Of a stretch of 64,000 nucleotides of DNA, positions 26,920 through 37,667 are shown one piece after another. The translations under genes and the position numbers were made by a program. The notes beneath the pieces were generated by a model, which worked only from the letters and a program-made list of their open reading frames with translations, did no database searches and was not told the origin of the DNA. The first letter of the stretch is position 1; every line of letters starts with the position of its first letter. The DNA lies in the NCBI GenBank assembly GCA_030523195.1, contig JAUNJC010000001.1, positions 29-64,028 of the forward strand, given 5' to 3'. This DNA is from Oscillospiraceae bacterium (GTDB lineage: Bacteria; Bacillota; Clostridia; Oscillospirales; Ruminococcaceae).

Positions 26920-26931
26920 TCGTTCTTGCTG

Positions 26932-28098
26932 TCAGGATTCTTCCACTGTAGAAGCGGATTCTGTCAGCGGCTTTCCTGCTTTCTCCATTAATTTTTCCAC
27001 TACATGATAGATACGATCCGGTGTATCCGAAATTGCAAGGGAGGCTGCCTGTTCTGCCATTTCCTCTACCATCTGCCGATTCTCATACAATTCTTCGACA
27101 TGGTGCATCATGCCTTCCACTGTCACATTCTTCTGTTCAATGACAATGGCAGCACCGGCTTTTCCTAATACATTGGCATTGTGCAGCTGATGATTACCAG
27201 CAACAATGGGAGAGGGAATCAAAATAGATGCCTTTCCGGCTGCCTCTAACTCTGCCAATGTCGAAGCGCCTGCCCGACAGATGACCAAATCTGCTGCTGC
27301 CAGACAAGTATCCATATCATGAATATACTCTGTAATCCGCAGCCGCTCACTCCGCATAGGAATGCCTGCTGCTCGCATAGCCGCCGGAAAACTTTCCCGA
27401 CCCATGCCACCATAGCCATGAATATGATTGATTGCCATGCCATTGTGTACATGCCATGGAATCAATGCTTCCATCACTTCATTGATGCAACCTGCCCCCA
27501 AACTGCCGCCAAAGGAAAGAATGCACATACTATCATCAAATCCTAATTCTCGTCGTGCTTCTTTCTTGGTTTTCTGCGTAATACCAGAACGGACTGGTAA
27601 CCCTGTAATGGTATAGGGACAATCAAAATCCATATATTCCAGTGCTTCTTTGACTGTCAGCATGACATGGTCAACCTCTCGTGCCAACATCTTATTGGTC
27701 ACACCTGGAAAGGCATTCTGTTCATGAATGGCACAAGGTACCCCCATTTTTGCTGCCATACGAATCACCGGACCGGCAACATACCCACCGGTACCAATTG
27801 CAATATCCGGTTGGAACTCATTGACAATCTGTTTCGCCCGCTTACCAGATGTGGCAAGATACCAAGCTGCCTGTACATTTCTTCGGATATTTTTCATTGT
27901 TAGCTTTCTCTGAAAACCTGCCACTTTAATCGTTGCCAACTGGTAACCGGATTGCGGTACCAATTTTGCTTCCATGCCGTTTGGTGTTCCGGCAAATAAA
28001 AATTCTGCATCCGGTTGATGCGACTGAATAATCGAAGCGATTGCCAAAGCCGGATTGATATGACCGCCTGTACCGCCGCCTGCAAAAAGCACCTTCAT
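26932..28098 (-). CDS. murG: UDP-GlcNAc:lipid I GlcNAc transferase
   Basis: GGGTGGHINP, GTGGY, HEQN, G.PVR, GGSLGA, RAGAST, HQ..NA. Confidence 0.97.
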   Translation of the reverse strand: MKVLFAGGGTGGHINPALAIASIIQSHQPDAEFLFAGTPNGMEAKLVPQSGYQLATIKVAGFQRKLTMKNIRRNVQAAWYLATSGKRAKQIVNEFQPDIAIGTGGYVAGPVIRMAAKMGVPCAIHEQNAFPGVTNKMLAREVDHVMLTVKEALEYMDFDCPYTITGLPVRSGITQKTKKEARRELGFDDSMCILSFGGSLGAGCINEVMEALIPWHVHNGMAINHIHGYGGMGRESFPAAMRAAGIPMRSERLRITEYIHDMDTCLAAADLVICRAGASTLAELEAAGKASILIPSPIVAGNHQLHNANVLGKAGAAIVIEQKNVTVEGMMHHVEELYENRQMVEEMAEQAASLAISDTPDRIYHVVEKLMEKAGKPLTESASTVEES

Positions 28099-28139
28099 AG
28101 AAATTTCACCTCATCAGTTTGCATTCTGTTTTCTGTTTC

Positions 28140-29429
28140 TTATGCGGTTCCGACAGCTGGTTTTTGATTGGCTGTCGATTCTACTGTCTTGTTTTCTGTT
28201 TCCGTTATTTTTCCCGAAGCAGATTCCTTAGAAGGGGTCTCTGCTCGATATCGAACACGAGAAATGTTCAAAACAATTCCCATTTCTGCCAACTGCAAAA
28301 TCAATGCCGTACCACCGTAACTGAAGAACGGCAAACTAATACCTGTATTTGGAATCAGGTTGCTGACAACACCGATGTTAATAAATGCCTGTAACCCAAT
28401 GTGCATGGTAAAACCAACCGCCAGCAGCATCCCAAATTTATCATGTGCACGAGAAGCAATATAAAAACCACGAATGATCAACAGGACAAACAGCAATACC
28501 ACAGTCAATGCACCTACAAATCCCAGTTCCTCACAAACAATCGAGAAAACAAAGTCATTCTTTGTTTCTGGCAGATACAAATATTTTTGTCTGGACTCAC
28601 CAAGCCCTAAGCCAAACACGCCACCAGAACCAATTGCGATCAAGGATTGACAGGTCTGCCAAGTACCACCCTGACTGTCAGAAAACGGATCGAGCCAAGA
28701 TTCAATACGTGTCTGGAAGTAACCATACCCTTCTGAAATGGACAGATATAAAACAATCCCGACAATGGCTGTCACGCCTGTAATCACCAGTGCAAAGAAA
28801 TGCATGGGACGAATCCCACCAACAATCACCATAGAAAGTGCAATGGTACAAATCAAAATCGTACCAGACAAATGCGGCTCTAACATCAACAGAGCTGCAA
28901 CAACTGCCAGTGCCAGCAAATACGGTACGACACCTGTTTTAAAACGATTCATTCGATCATAATTCTTCTCAATATGATAGGCAAAAAAGATGACGATCCC
29001 AATTTTCATCAATTCAGACGGCTGAAAGTTAAAGCTGCCGATTACCAGCCAACGCTGTGCACCACCCTCACTGGTACCAACCAACAAAACTAAAATCAAT
29101 AGAATCACTGGTACCACATAGGCACATACTGCAATGCCCGGCGTCTTATAAAGATGATAGTCAACAACTGACAAAAACCACATGGCTGCCAATCCAACCA
29201 CTGCCATTTTAATTTGTTCTTTGGCGTAATAGCTGCCCTCTAATCCCTCTGCAATTGCCCATGCGTAACTTGCGGAAAACATCATAATAATACCAATGAC
29301 TAAAAGTGCAATCACGATCAGAAAAAATGCCAGATCGACTTCTCCGTATCGCACACCCTTCTGCCAAAGCGGAAACCGAAACCGATTTTTTTTCTTTTCT
29401 GTCTGACTTGCAGCTGTTGTTTCTGCCAT
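28140..29429 (-). CDS. ftsW: SEDS family peptidoglycan polymerase FtsW/SpoVE
   Basis: GAQRW, FQPSELMK, AIGSGG.FG.G, LPE..NDF.F....EELG, P.TGI.LPFFSYGG. Confidence 0.95.
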   Translation of the reverse strand: MAETTAASQTEKKKNRFRFPLWQKGVRYGEVDLAFFLIVIALLVIGIIMMFSASYAWAIAEGLEGSYYAKEQIKMAVVGLAAMWFLSVVDYHLYKTPGIAVCAYVVPVILLILVLLVGTSEGGAQRWLVIGSFNFQPSELMKIGIVIFFAYHIEKNYDRMNRFKTGVVPYLLALAVVAALLMLEPHLSGTILICTIALSMVIVGGIRPMHFFALVITGVTAIVGIVLYLSISEGYGYFQTRIESWLDPFSDSQGGTWQTCQSLIAIGSGGVFGLGLGESRQKYLYLPETKNDFVFSIVCEELGFVGALTVVLLFVLLIIRGFYIASRAHDKFGMLLAVGFTMHIGLQAFINIGVVSNLIPNTGISLPFFSYGGTALILQLAEMGIVLNISRVRYRAETPSKESASGKITETENKTVESTANQKPAVGTA

Positions 29430-29479
29430 ATGCAACCTCCCTGCACATTTTCACCTTCCGCCTGTCGATAAAACAGGAC

Positions 29480-30523
29480 TTAAACAAACAATACCAAAAG
29501 TAATCCCAGAATGCCCATCACCATTGCAAACAGAGAAAATGTAATTACAATTTTATATTCACTAAAACCACTCAATTCAAAATGGTGATGAATAGGCGTC
29601 ATCTTAAAAATTCTTCTTCCCTCGCCGTATTTTTTCTTGGTATACTTAAAATAGCTCACCTGAATCACAACGGAAAGAGCCTCCAAAATATAAAGCAATG
29701 CCACCAGCAGCAAAACCAGATGCTGATGGGTCACCAATCCCACAGAAACCACTGCGGCACCCAAATACATAGAACCAGTATCACCCATAAAGCACTTCGC
29801 CGGATGTAAGTTCCAAACTAAAAAGCCCAGACAGCCGCCTGCCAGTGCAATGGTAAAAATGGACATCTCCTGTAATGAAAGCAGCACACAGATTATGGTC
29901 ATCAGAAGCATATTGACCATCGTCACAGTCCCACAAAGGCCATCAACACCATCTGTCAGATTGACTGCATTGGTCAGATACAAAATCACAATCAGCATCA
30001 ACGGATAATAGAACCATGAAATATCAAACGAGAAGAAAGAGAAGTTTAAGGTGGTATCCCGATCGCCCAGCCAATATTGTACACCCAGCCATGCCGCTGC
30101 TGCTATGACCTGTAGAACAATTTTCTGCATGGGAGAGAGTCCATCATTCTTCTTCTGTACGACTTTTTTGAAATCATCAATAAACCCAATCAACCCGAAT
30201 AAAATCGCAAAAATCATACAACTCCACATCTGTATGCCACGATTTCCATCTAAGTATTCTGTACCAGATACTGTACTATCATTGCAAATCATGTGGTACA
30301 AGCAATACCCGACACCAACTGCAACCGCAGTCGAAAAAATAAACAAGATCCCACCCATCGTTGGTGTGCCCTGCTTTTTGGCATGCCACTCCGGGCCAAA
30401 TTTCATTTTGATGGGCTGCCCAAACTTTAACTTATGCAGGAAAGGAATCAATGCCTTTCCGAAAATCGCTGCCACTGCAAAGGAAAGCAGTGCAACAACG
30501 ACATTAATACTCCACAACGGCAT
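29480..30523 (-). CDS. mraY: Phospho-N-acetylmuramoyl-pentapeptide transferase
   Basis: KQGTPTMGG, GFIDD, NAVNLTDGVDGL, FMGDTGS, MTPIHHHFE; start MPLW after an AGGAGG SD. Confidence 0.97.
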   Translation of the reverse strand: MPLWSINVVVALLSFAVAAIFGKALIPFLHKLKFGQPIKMKFGPEWHAKKQGTPTMGGILFIFSTAVAVGVGYCLYHMICNDSTVSGTEYLDGNRGIQMWSCMIFAILFGLIGFIDDFKKVVQKKNDGLSPMQKIVLQVIAAAAWLGVQYWLGDRDTTLNFSFFSFDISWFYYPLMLIVILYLTNAVNLTDGVDGLCGTVTMVNMLLMTIICVLLSLQEMSIFTIALAGGCLGFLVWNLHPAKCFMGDTGSMYLGAAVVSVGLVTHQHLVLLLVALLYILEALSVVIQVSYFKYTKKKYGEGRRIFKMTPIHHHFELSGFSEYKIVITFSLFAMVMGILGLLLVLFV

Positions 30524-31886
30524 GTACGGATTCCTCCTGTCTGAAAATTTCTTCCATGCAGTTTTCCAGATGCATTCCACGGCTTGCTTTAAATAATAAC
30601 ACATCTCCCGGTCTGAGATATGCTCGCACTGCACTGCAAAGTTCTATCTTGTCCTCTGTGTGAAACACCGATGTTCCGACTGACGAGGCAGCTCTGGCAA
30701 TTGCAATGGATTCTTTTCCATAACAGAACAATTGATCCAGATGACTGGCAGCTGCCATATCTCCTACCATGCTGTGGAGCTTTGGAGACAGTTTTCCCAA
30801 CTCCAACATATCACCCAGAACAGCAACTCGTCTGCCTTCCCCCTTCATCTGCCGCAATACATGCAATGCAGCACGCATAGAATCTGGACTGGCATTATAG
30901 CAATCTGCAATGACAGTATATGGTCCACGCTGTTCAATATTCTGTCGAAATGGAATCGGCTCATAAGATGCCAATGACCTGCAAATCACATCTGGTGCAA
31001 TACTGCAAATTCGTCCAACACAGAACGCTGCCAATGCATTCATCACATTATGCATTCCCACACAAGGAAGAACAGCCGGAAATGTTCTGCCATCCTTTGT
31101 AACAATGGTAAAGGTCGTTTCGTTATCATGCTCCTGTATTTCTTCCGCTGTCACATCCGCCGTTTTGGTTGTCAGACCATATGTATAAACTGGTCTATCC
31201 AATTGCGCTGCAAACGGTGCAAGATGGGGATCATCTGCATTCAATACCAGCGGTGCATCGGGTTCCATACCATCCAGTATTTCCATTTTTGCTTTCAAAA
31301 TACCTTCCTGTGAACCCAGATTTTCAATATGAGAAAATCCAATATTGGTAATTACGCCAATGGTCGGCTTTGTTGCACAACTCAGCCGATGAATTTCGCC
31401 AAAATGCGACATGCCCATCTCAATCACAGCAGCTTCATGTTTTGGTGCAAGATGCAGCAACATCTTTGGCAGCCCAATTTCATTATTTAGATTTCCCTGT
31501 GTCTTCAAGGTTTCAAACGTCGTAGAAAGCACCAGTGCAATCATTTCTTTCGTAGTCGTTTTGCCAACACTGCCGGTTACACCCACTAAGATCGGAGAAA
31601 ACTTTCTTCTATAGTAAGCGGCAATTTGCAGCAAAGCCGTTCCTGTATCCGATACAACGATACAAGGAAAATCATCAATGGGATGATCGGTCACTACTGC
31701 CACTGCACCATCGGTCATAGCCTTCTGTACAAACTGATGCCCATCAAAATTGGCACCACGCAGTGCCAGAAACAAACATCCCGGTTCTAATTTTCTGGTA
31801 TCGGTACAGATGTCATTGACCTCTGCTTCAAACGGCGCTGTGCCCCCGACAGCCGCTGCAATTTCTGATAATTGTAACTTCTCCAT
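30504..31886 (-). CDS. murF: UDP-MurNAc-tripeptide--D-Ala-D-Ala ligase
   Basis: TGSVGKTTTKE, NLNNEIG.P, EMGM, D.YNASP, LGDMLELG, KASRG. Confidence 0.97.
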   Translation of the reverse strand: MEKLQLSEIAAAVGGTAPFEAEVNDICTDTRKLEPGCLFLALRGANFDGHQFVQKAMTDGAVAVVTDHPIDDFPCIVVSDTGTALLQIAAYYRRKFSPILVGVTGSVGKTTTKEMIALVLSTTFETLKTQGNLNNEIGLPKMLLHLAPKHEAAVIEMGMSHFGEIHRLSCATKPTIGVITNIGFSHIENLGSQEGILKAKMEILDGMEPDAPLVLNADDPHLAPFAAQLDRPVYTYGLTTKTADVTAEEIQEHDNETTFTIVTKDGRTFPAVLPCVGMHNVMNALAAFCVGRICSIAPDVICRSLASYEPIPFRQNIEQRGPYTVIADCYNASPDSMRAALHVLRQMKGEGRRVAVLGDMLELGKLSPKLHSMVGDMAAASHLDQLFCYGKESIAIARAASSVGTSVFHTEDKIELCSAVRAYLRPGDVLLFKASRGMHLENCMEEIFRQEESVHAVVEY

Positions 31887-31901
31887 GTTTTCTCCCTCAC
31901 C

Positions 31902-33335
31902 TTATAATTTTGTCAAGCACTCTGCAACGATTTCCCGTTCATCCATATGAATATGAACTTTATTCGCCAAAATCTGATAATCCTCATGTCCTTTCCCAGC
32001 TAACACCAATACATCTCCCGGCTTAGCCAACTGCATCCCACGCAGAATGGCTTCCTTTCGATCCACCACAATTTCATATGGCACTGAAGTGCCTTCTAGT
32101 CCTGTCAAAATGTCCTGAATAATTGCCTCCGGATCCTCGTCTCTTGGATTATCCGAAGTAATCATCAGAAAATCGGCATAGGTTGCTGCTGCTCTTGCCA
32201 TTTTTGGACGTTTTGTTTTATCTCGATTGCCGCCGCATCCGAACAGGCAAATTAATCTGCCCTCTGTATATTCTTTCACACTACGCAGAATATTTTCAAT
32301 GGCATCCGGCGTATGTGCATAGTCACAAATAACAGAAAACGGCTTTCCAGTGGGAATCACTTCGCAGCGTCCCCGCACCCCTCGACATTGCTGCACAGCC
32401 TGTAAAACCTGTGCATTGGATAACCCCAATTCCATGCAGACCGCACAGGCTGCTATTACATTATAGACATTGAACATTCCTGTCATCTGCATCGTAACCG
32501 GATACGATTTTCCACTATAACACAGCCAAAAACTCGTTCCATTTGCCCGCAGCTTGATGGCATCTGCATAGTAATCCGCTGAAGAAGAATTTCCATATGT
32601 CTCCATTGCACAAGAAACCTCTCCTGCAAGACGTTTACCATAGGCATCGTCCGTATTGATGAGTGCATAATCCGTAATATCAAACAACATTCTCTTTGCC
32701 TGATAATATGATTCCATTGTCTTATGATAATCCAAATGATCTTGCGTTAAATTTGTAAAAACAGTTGCACAGAAGTGTGTCGGACCAATGCGATGCTGTA
32801 CCAAACCAAAAGAAGAGACCTCCATCACAACGTAGTCGCAGCCAGCATCCGCCATTTTCCGATACAATGCCATCAGATCATAGACCATTGGTGTCGTATT
32901 ATTGGTATGAAATGCCTGATCCCCGATTTCATTCTGAATCGTACCAATCAGCCCAACCAAATACCCATTGGCTGTCAAAATATGCTTAATGACATTGGTA
33001 ATTGTGGTTTTTCCATTGGTGCCCGTAACACCAATAAATTTCATCTGCTGTTCTGGATGATCGAACCAGGCAGCACACAGCTGCCCATAAAAAACATGGG
33101 TATCCGGCACAAGAATCTGTTGCCTGCCAAGTCCTAAATCTCGCTCTGCAATAACGGCTGCCGCACCTTTTTCCAACATCTCCGCAGCAACGGTATGCCC
33201 ATCAAAGTGCTCCCCTTTGATACAGACAAATAGATACCCTTCTTGCACCTTTCGTGAATCACTTGTAATACCGTTAATTTCTCTGTCCTCTAACCCTGTT
33301 TCTGCATTGCCTTCTAATAATGCATACAACCGCAT
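31902..33335 (-). CDS. murE: UDP-MurNAc-dipeptide--meso-DAP ligase
   Basis: TGTNGKTT, EVSS, QDHLDYH, DYAHTPD, GCGGNRD, DNPR (DAP-specific motif), GKGHE. Confidence 0.97.
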   Translation of the reverse strand: MRLYALLEGNAETGLEDREINGITSDSRKVQEGYLFVCIKGEHFDGHTVAAEMLEKGAAAVIAERDLGLGRQQILVPDTHVFYGQLCAAWFDHPEQQMKFIGVTGTNGKTTITNVIKHILTANGYLVGLIGTIQNEIGDQAFHTNNTTPMVYDLMALYRKMADAGCDYVVMEVSSFGLVQHRIGPTHFCATVFTNLTQDHLDYHKTMESYYQAKRMLFDITDYALINTDDAYGKRLAGEVSCAMETYGNSSSADYYADAIKLRANGTSFWLCYSGKSYPVTMQMTGMFNVYNVIAACAVCMELGLSNAQVLQAVQQCRGVRGRCEVIPTGKPFSVICDYAHTPDAIENILRSVKEYTEGRLICLFGCGGNRDKTKRPKMARAAATYADFLMITSDNPRDEDPEAIIQDILTGLEGTSVPYEIVVDRKEAILRGMQLAKPGDVLVLAGKGHEDYQILANKVHIHMDEREIVAECLTKL

Positions 33336-33407
33336 GACAGATAACCGCCTTTCCTTTTTATTTACAATATTCCAATCTACTTTTCCAATTTTATTTTTCT
33401 ATCCTTC

Positions 33408-33447
33408 AAAAAAGGGAGTGCTTTCCTAAAAAGCATCCCCTTTTTTC
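33408..33447. terminator. Terminator-like hairpin between pbp and murE
   Basis: AAAAAGGGAGTGCTTT...AAAGCATCCCCTTTTTT. Confidence 0.6.
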
Positions 33448-33506
33448 TCCTTGCAATGTGGGGACTGCTGTTGTTTCCCAGAACAAAGATTTAAGCTTGC
33501 ATTACA

Positions 33507-35867
33507 CTATTCCTCTTCACCTTGTTCGTCCTCCTGCTGTTCCGTGATAGACATTGTCAAACTGATTACGGTTCCGATTTCTACAGATGTCCCTGCCTCT
33601 TCAGACTGGAACTGCACTTTTGCATTTGCGTCTTCAGAAGAAGCACCCAATGTTACAATATTTAATCCAAGCTGTGTCAAAGCAGCGTTTGCTTCAGACG
33701 CAGTCATATTCAACAAATTTGGCACTTTTACTACTTGCGGTTCTACATTCTCCTCAGTATACAAAATCACTTTGCCGCCCTTTTCAATGACAGAACCGGT
33801 TCTTGGACATTGTGACAAAACACGATTTCCTTCACCGATCACTTCATAGGTCAAACCCATATCATCCAATGTAGATTTTGCATTCTCCAATGATTTTTCT
33901 GTCATCATCGGTATTGTAACATTTCGTTCTGCATATTCCTCATCCGTATATTCTGGATAGAATCCCAGATAAGGCAAAATTTCAGACATGACGTTCTTTG
34001 CATACGGTGTAACAACAGTACTACCGTAATAGTTAATGGTATTATCCGGTTCATCTGCTATGATCAGCATAATTACTTCCGGATCATCTGCCGGAGCAAA
34101 GCAGCCATAGGATGCAGCATATTTCATTTCAACCCCATCGTATTCATCCAATTTTTCAGCAGTACCAGATTTACCGCCAATTCGATAGCCTTCAATATAG
34201 GCATTATGTGTTGGATTGTTCTCTACAACGGCTTCCAACTGCTCCCGTACAGTCTGCGAAGTGGCTTCCGAAATAACTTGCCGCTTCTCCTCTGTCTGAT
34301 GTTCCATAACAATATTGCCATCTGCATCCACAATTTGTTCCACCAAATAAGGGGTAACCAATTTTCCGCCATTAATGGCAGCTGCATACGCTGTAATTGT
34401 TTGAATTGGCGTGACTTTGTTTGCCTGCCCGAAAGAAGATGATGCAAGATCCACATTGGACATCACATCTTCTGAAATATACAAACTGTTTGCTTCTCCC
34501 GGTAAATCAATTCCGGTCTTTTCTGTCAAACCAAATCCTTTAAAATAATAAGAGAATTTAGAAGTTCCCAAACGCAGCCCAATTTCCATGAATGCAGGGT
34601 TACAAGAGTTTGTCAAAGCCTTCGTAAACGACTGTGCACCATGCCCATTCCGATTAGAACAACCTATGGTTTCTCCCATAACCGTAAAAGAACCATTACA
34701 ATAGAAAGAATCATTTTGCAAGTCAATCAGTTTTTCTTCCATTGCTGCTGCTGTGGTCACAACTTTAAAAACAGAACCCGGAAAATGAATTTCAGAAATC
34801 GCCTTATTTTTCCATTGCGTTTCTCTTGCTTCCTGATACGCATCACTATATTCCTGCCCTGTAAGGGAATCCAGCTTCTTTGCAACAGTGGTATCATAAA
34901 TTACAGATGGCTGGTTCAAATCAAAAGAAGGATACGTTGCCATAGCATAAATTGCACCCGTCTTTGGATTCATAATGATACCGCAGGCACGTTGCTGCAC
35001 ATTAAATTCCACTGACATTTCAGAAATTGCCTTTTCCAGATAATATTGTAATGTTGTGTCTAATGTTAAATAAAGAGAAGAACCATTTTCTGCTTCATAT
35101 GTAGTAGAATAACGATATGGCATCTCTTCTCCATTTGCCGCTTGTGCAGAAATAATTCTGCCATCCACACCAGCAAGATAGTCATTATATTGATATTCCA
35201 AACCATATTGACCATCCCCATCGCCATTAGTAAACCCAATGACACTAGCAGCTAATTCTTCCTGCGGATAATATCGTTTTGTCGTGGCTTCTGTTGCAAA
35301 AGAGACCAGATTCAAATTATCAAAATAATTATCAATCTCATTTGCAATATTTTTTTCCACCTGTGTTTGCAGGATATAATATCGGCCTTCTGCTTCAAAT
35401 GCTTCTAAAATATCTTCCTTTTCCAGATTTAATTTCCCTGCTAAATAAACAGCAATGTTTTCTTTCAACATGGAAACATCAATCAAATCTTTTGCAGATT
35501 TTCCTGATTTTTCTGCTGCTGCTTTTTTAGTTTCGTTATTTTTTTCTACATCTTCCATTTCATCCCGAAAAAGCTGCGGATCAATATACACGTTATAGAC
35601 GGTTGCACTCCATGCCAATGGCGTACCAGTTGCGTCATAAATCGCTCCACGCTGTGCTTCCAAACGCATTGTTCCAAAATGATAATTATTTGCCAGCGCC
35701 TCATATTTGCTATTATCAATTACGGAAACTTTAAATAACTTGCAAATAATAAAACAAGAAAAAATCACCATCGCAATTTGAATCACGACATTTGCACGAA
35801 ATTTCATTTTAGCAGTTGGTGCATTTGTGCCAGATACTTGCAACTTATCATATTGTTTATTATCCAA
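33507..35867 (-). CDS. Class B penicillin-binding protein (FtsI/SpoVD-like) with two PASTA domains
   Basis: TTG start after GAAAGGG; RG.IYD, RYYP, GLE, SVFK (SxxK), SCN (SxN), KSG; C-terminal PASTA repeats. Confidence 0.93.
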   Translation of the reverse strand: MDNKQYDKLQVSGTNAPTAKMKFRANVVIQIAMVIFSCFIICKLFKVSVIDNSKYEALANNYHFGTMRLEAQRGAIYDATGTPLAWSATVYNVYIDPQLFRDEMEDVEKNNETKKAAAEKSGKSAKDLIDVSMLKENIAVYLAGKLNLEKEDILEAFEAEGRYYILQTQVEKNIANEIDNYFDNLNLVSFATEATTKRYYPQEELAASVIGFTNGDGDGQYGLEYQYNDYLAGVDGRIISAQAANGEEMPYRYSTTYEAENGSSLYLTLDTTLQYYLEKAISEMSVEFNVQQRACGIIMNPKTGAIYAMATYPSFDLNQPSVIYDTTVAKKLDSLTGQEYSDAYQEARETQWKNKAISEIHFPGSVFKVVTTAAAMEEKLIDLQNDSFYCNGSFTVMGETIGCSNRNGHGAQSFTKALTNSCNPAFMEIGLRLGTSKFSYYFKGFGLTEKTGIDLPGEANSLYISEDVMSNVDLASSSFGQANKVTPIQTITAYAAAINGGKLVTPYLVEQIVDADGNIVMEHQTEEKRQVISEATSQTVREQLEAVVENNPTHNAYIEGYRIGGKSGTAEKLDEYDGVEMKYAASYGCFAPADDPEVIMLIIADEPDNTINYYGSTVVTPYAKNVMSEILPYLGFYPEYTDEEYAERNVTIPMMTEKSLENAKSTLDDMGLTYEVIGEGNRVLSQCPRTGSVIEKGGKVILYTEENVEPQVVKVPNLLNMTASEANAALTQLGLNIVTLGASSEDANAKVQFQSEEAGTSVEIGTVISLTMSITEQQEDEQGEEE

Positions 35868-35891
35868 AAGAATGACACGCCCTTTCAGCAT

Positions 35892-35934
35892 AAAAATAGA
35901 AGAAGGCAGGGAACTGTTACCGAATCCCCCGCCT
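35892..35934 (-). terminator. Terminator-like hairpin just upstream of the pbp RBS
   Basis: Minus strand reads AGGCGGGGGA-TTCGGTAACAGT-TCCCTGCCT-TCTTCTATTTTT. Confidence 0.55.
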
Positions 35935-36253
35935 GTATAAAACTGTCCCAATTCGACAGGAATTTCTTGATGATGCAGAAAGCAATTTCTGGAACCTGCA
36001 TTGAAAACGGAACGGTGTCCGGCTTCGTCTTGTCTATCCTGTCCGATAGCTCTTTCTGCGTAAACGAAGCCGAACCAATTCCTTTTTCCGACACCCGATT
36101 TCGTATCTCTTTCTTTGTCTTTATACTAACGGCGAATTTTATTTATATATCATGCAGTCTGAGACTACACCGCCGATAGCAGCAAAATAAATTATGGTTC
36201 AGACCCTTTCGCCCATCTCTCCTCAACAGGCTTTCTATCCAACTATATGCATA

Positions 36254-36721
36254 TTATCCTCTTAAATATGCAATCAGGTCATTAAACTTCCGCTTGATCT
36301 GAACAAAAATGTTCTGATCCGGTTCTTCTACAATGACCTCATCCTCCGTCTGAATCTGGATGTATTGAATCTGAGAGCGATTTAGCTTTTTTAAACCAAG
36401 CCGCTCCTCAGCGTATTCTTTTATATTCCGAATAGAAGCCTGTCCTTCTAATTCTGTCTGCATTCTCACATTTTCGCTTCGCAAATCTTTCAACGTGCTT
36501 TCTTCTGCGGAAATTTGGGAATAAACCTCATTGAGCTGCACATAGCTGTTAATAACCAGGGAAAACAACATCAAGGATAAAATACTACCAATTATGATTT
36601 TTGCCAGTGTACTCCGTTTTCCAGCCTCAATATAAAAAAGCTTCCGCCGTGTGCGTTCTTCTACGATCTCCTCATCGTCTTCCCATTCCTCTGCCTGTAT
36701 GGTTTCATCTGTTTCCTTCAT
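36254..36721 (-). CDS. ftsL: Cell division protein FtsL-like
   Basis: Single TM plus coiled coil plus I.EYA..RLG; lies between rsmH and pbp. Confidence 0.75.
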   Translation of the reverse strand: MKETDETIQAEEWEDDEEIVEERTRRKLFYIEAGKRSTLAKIIIGSILSLMLFSLVINSYVQLNEVYSQISAEESTLKDLRSENVRMQTELEGQASIRNIKEYAEERLGLKKLNRSQIQYIQIQTEDEVIVEEPDQNIFVQIKRKFNDLIAYLRG

Positions 36722-37652
36722 CAACCGATGCACTCCTTTCCACTACACGCAGCTTTGCACTCCGACTTCTCCGATTTTGCTCTAATTCTGTTTCTGTTGC
36801 GGTAATTGGCTTTCGATTCACTAGCTTTCCTTGCGGCACTCTTCCACAAACACATTTTGGAAAATCAGGCGGACAAATACAACCTTGGCACCACTTGGCA
36901 AACTGTTGTTTCACCATTCGATCTTCCAGTGAATGAAAGGTAATCACCGCCAATCTTCCGCCCGGCTTTAAACAGGAAAATGCAATGGTCAATGCACGTT
37001 CCAAGTGAGAAAACTCATCATTTACAGCAATCCGAATTGCCTGAAATGTTTGCTTACACGGATTTTTAGCACGTCGCACTCGCTGTGGTACACTGCTTTT
37101 CACAATTTCCGCCAACTGTAATGTTGTTGTAATCGGCTGCACCTGCCTTGCCTGACAAATATTTTTGGCAATCGCACGTGCAAACGATTCCTCTCCGTAA
37201 GCAAATAAAATCCTTGCAATTTCTTCCTGCGGCCATGTATTTACCAAATCCGCTGCGGTCATTCCTGTTTGACTCATTCTCATATCCAATGGAGCATCCG
37301 TATGATAGGAAAATCCACGTTCCTCCGTATCCAATTGATGAGAAGAAACGCCCAAGTCTAATAAAATACCATCTACGGATGGAATTTCCAAACGTTGCAG
37401 TACCTGTGCCATTTCATCATAATTTGCCTGCACAACCGTTGCCGAATAGGAAGCCAATCGTTCCGTTGCGACTGCAACGGCGTCTGGATCTCGATCCAAA
37501 CCAATTAATCTGCCCCTACCATGCAGCTGCTTTGCAATTTCACAAGCATGACCAGCTCCACCAACTGTACCATCTACATAAACACCTTCTGGTTGAATCT
37601 GCAACCCAGCAAGTGTCTCCTGCAAAAGTACAGGAATATGCTGAAATGTCAT
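36705..37652 (-). CDS. rsmH: 16S rRNA m4C1402 methyltransferase
   Basis: HIPVLL.E, DGTVGGAGH, DLGVSSHQLD..ERGFS, PLDMRM, FHSLEDR, RSRSAKLR. Confidence 0.98.
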   Translation of the reverse strand: MTFQHIPVLLQETLAGLQIQPEGVYVDGTVGGAGHACEIAKQLHGRGRLIGLDRDPDAVAVATERLASYSATVVQANYDEMAQVLQRLEIPSVDGILLDLGVSSHQLDTEERGFSYHTDAPLDMRMSQTGMTAADLVNTWPQEEIARILFAYGEESFARAIAKNICQARQVQPITTTLQLAEIVKSSVPQRVRRAKNPCKQTFQAIRIAVNDEFSHLERALTIAFSCLKPGGRLAVITFHSLEDRMVKQQFAKWCQGCICPPDFPKCVCGRVPQGKLVNRKPITATETELEQNRRSRSAKLRVVERSASVDEGNR

Positions 37653-37667
37653 AATACCCTCCCTATT

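Noticed and set aside
35885-36094. 69-aa ORF in the ftsL-pbp spacer
   Set aside because: GTG start without a convincing SD, no motif, and it runs through the hairpin region. It cannot be fully excluded as a leader peptide.
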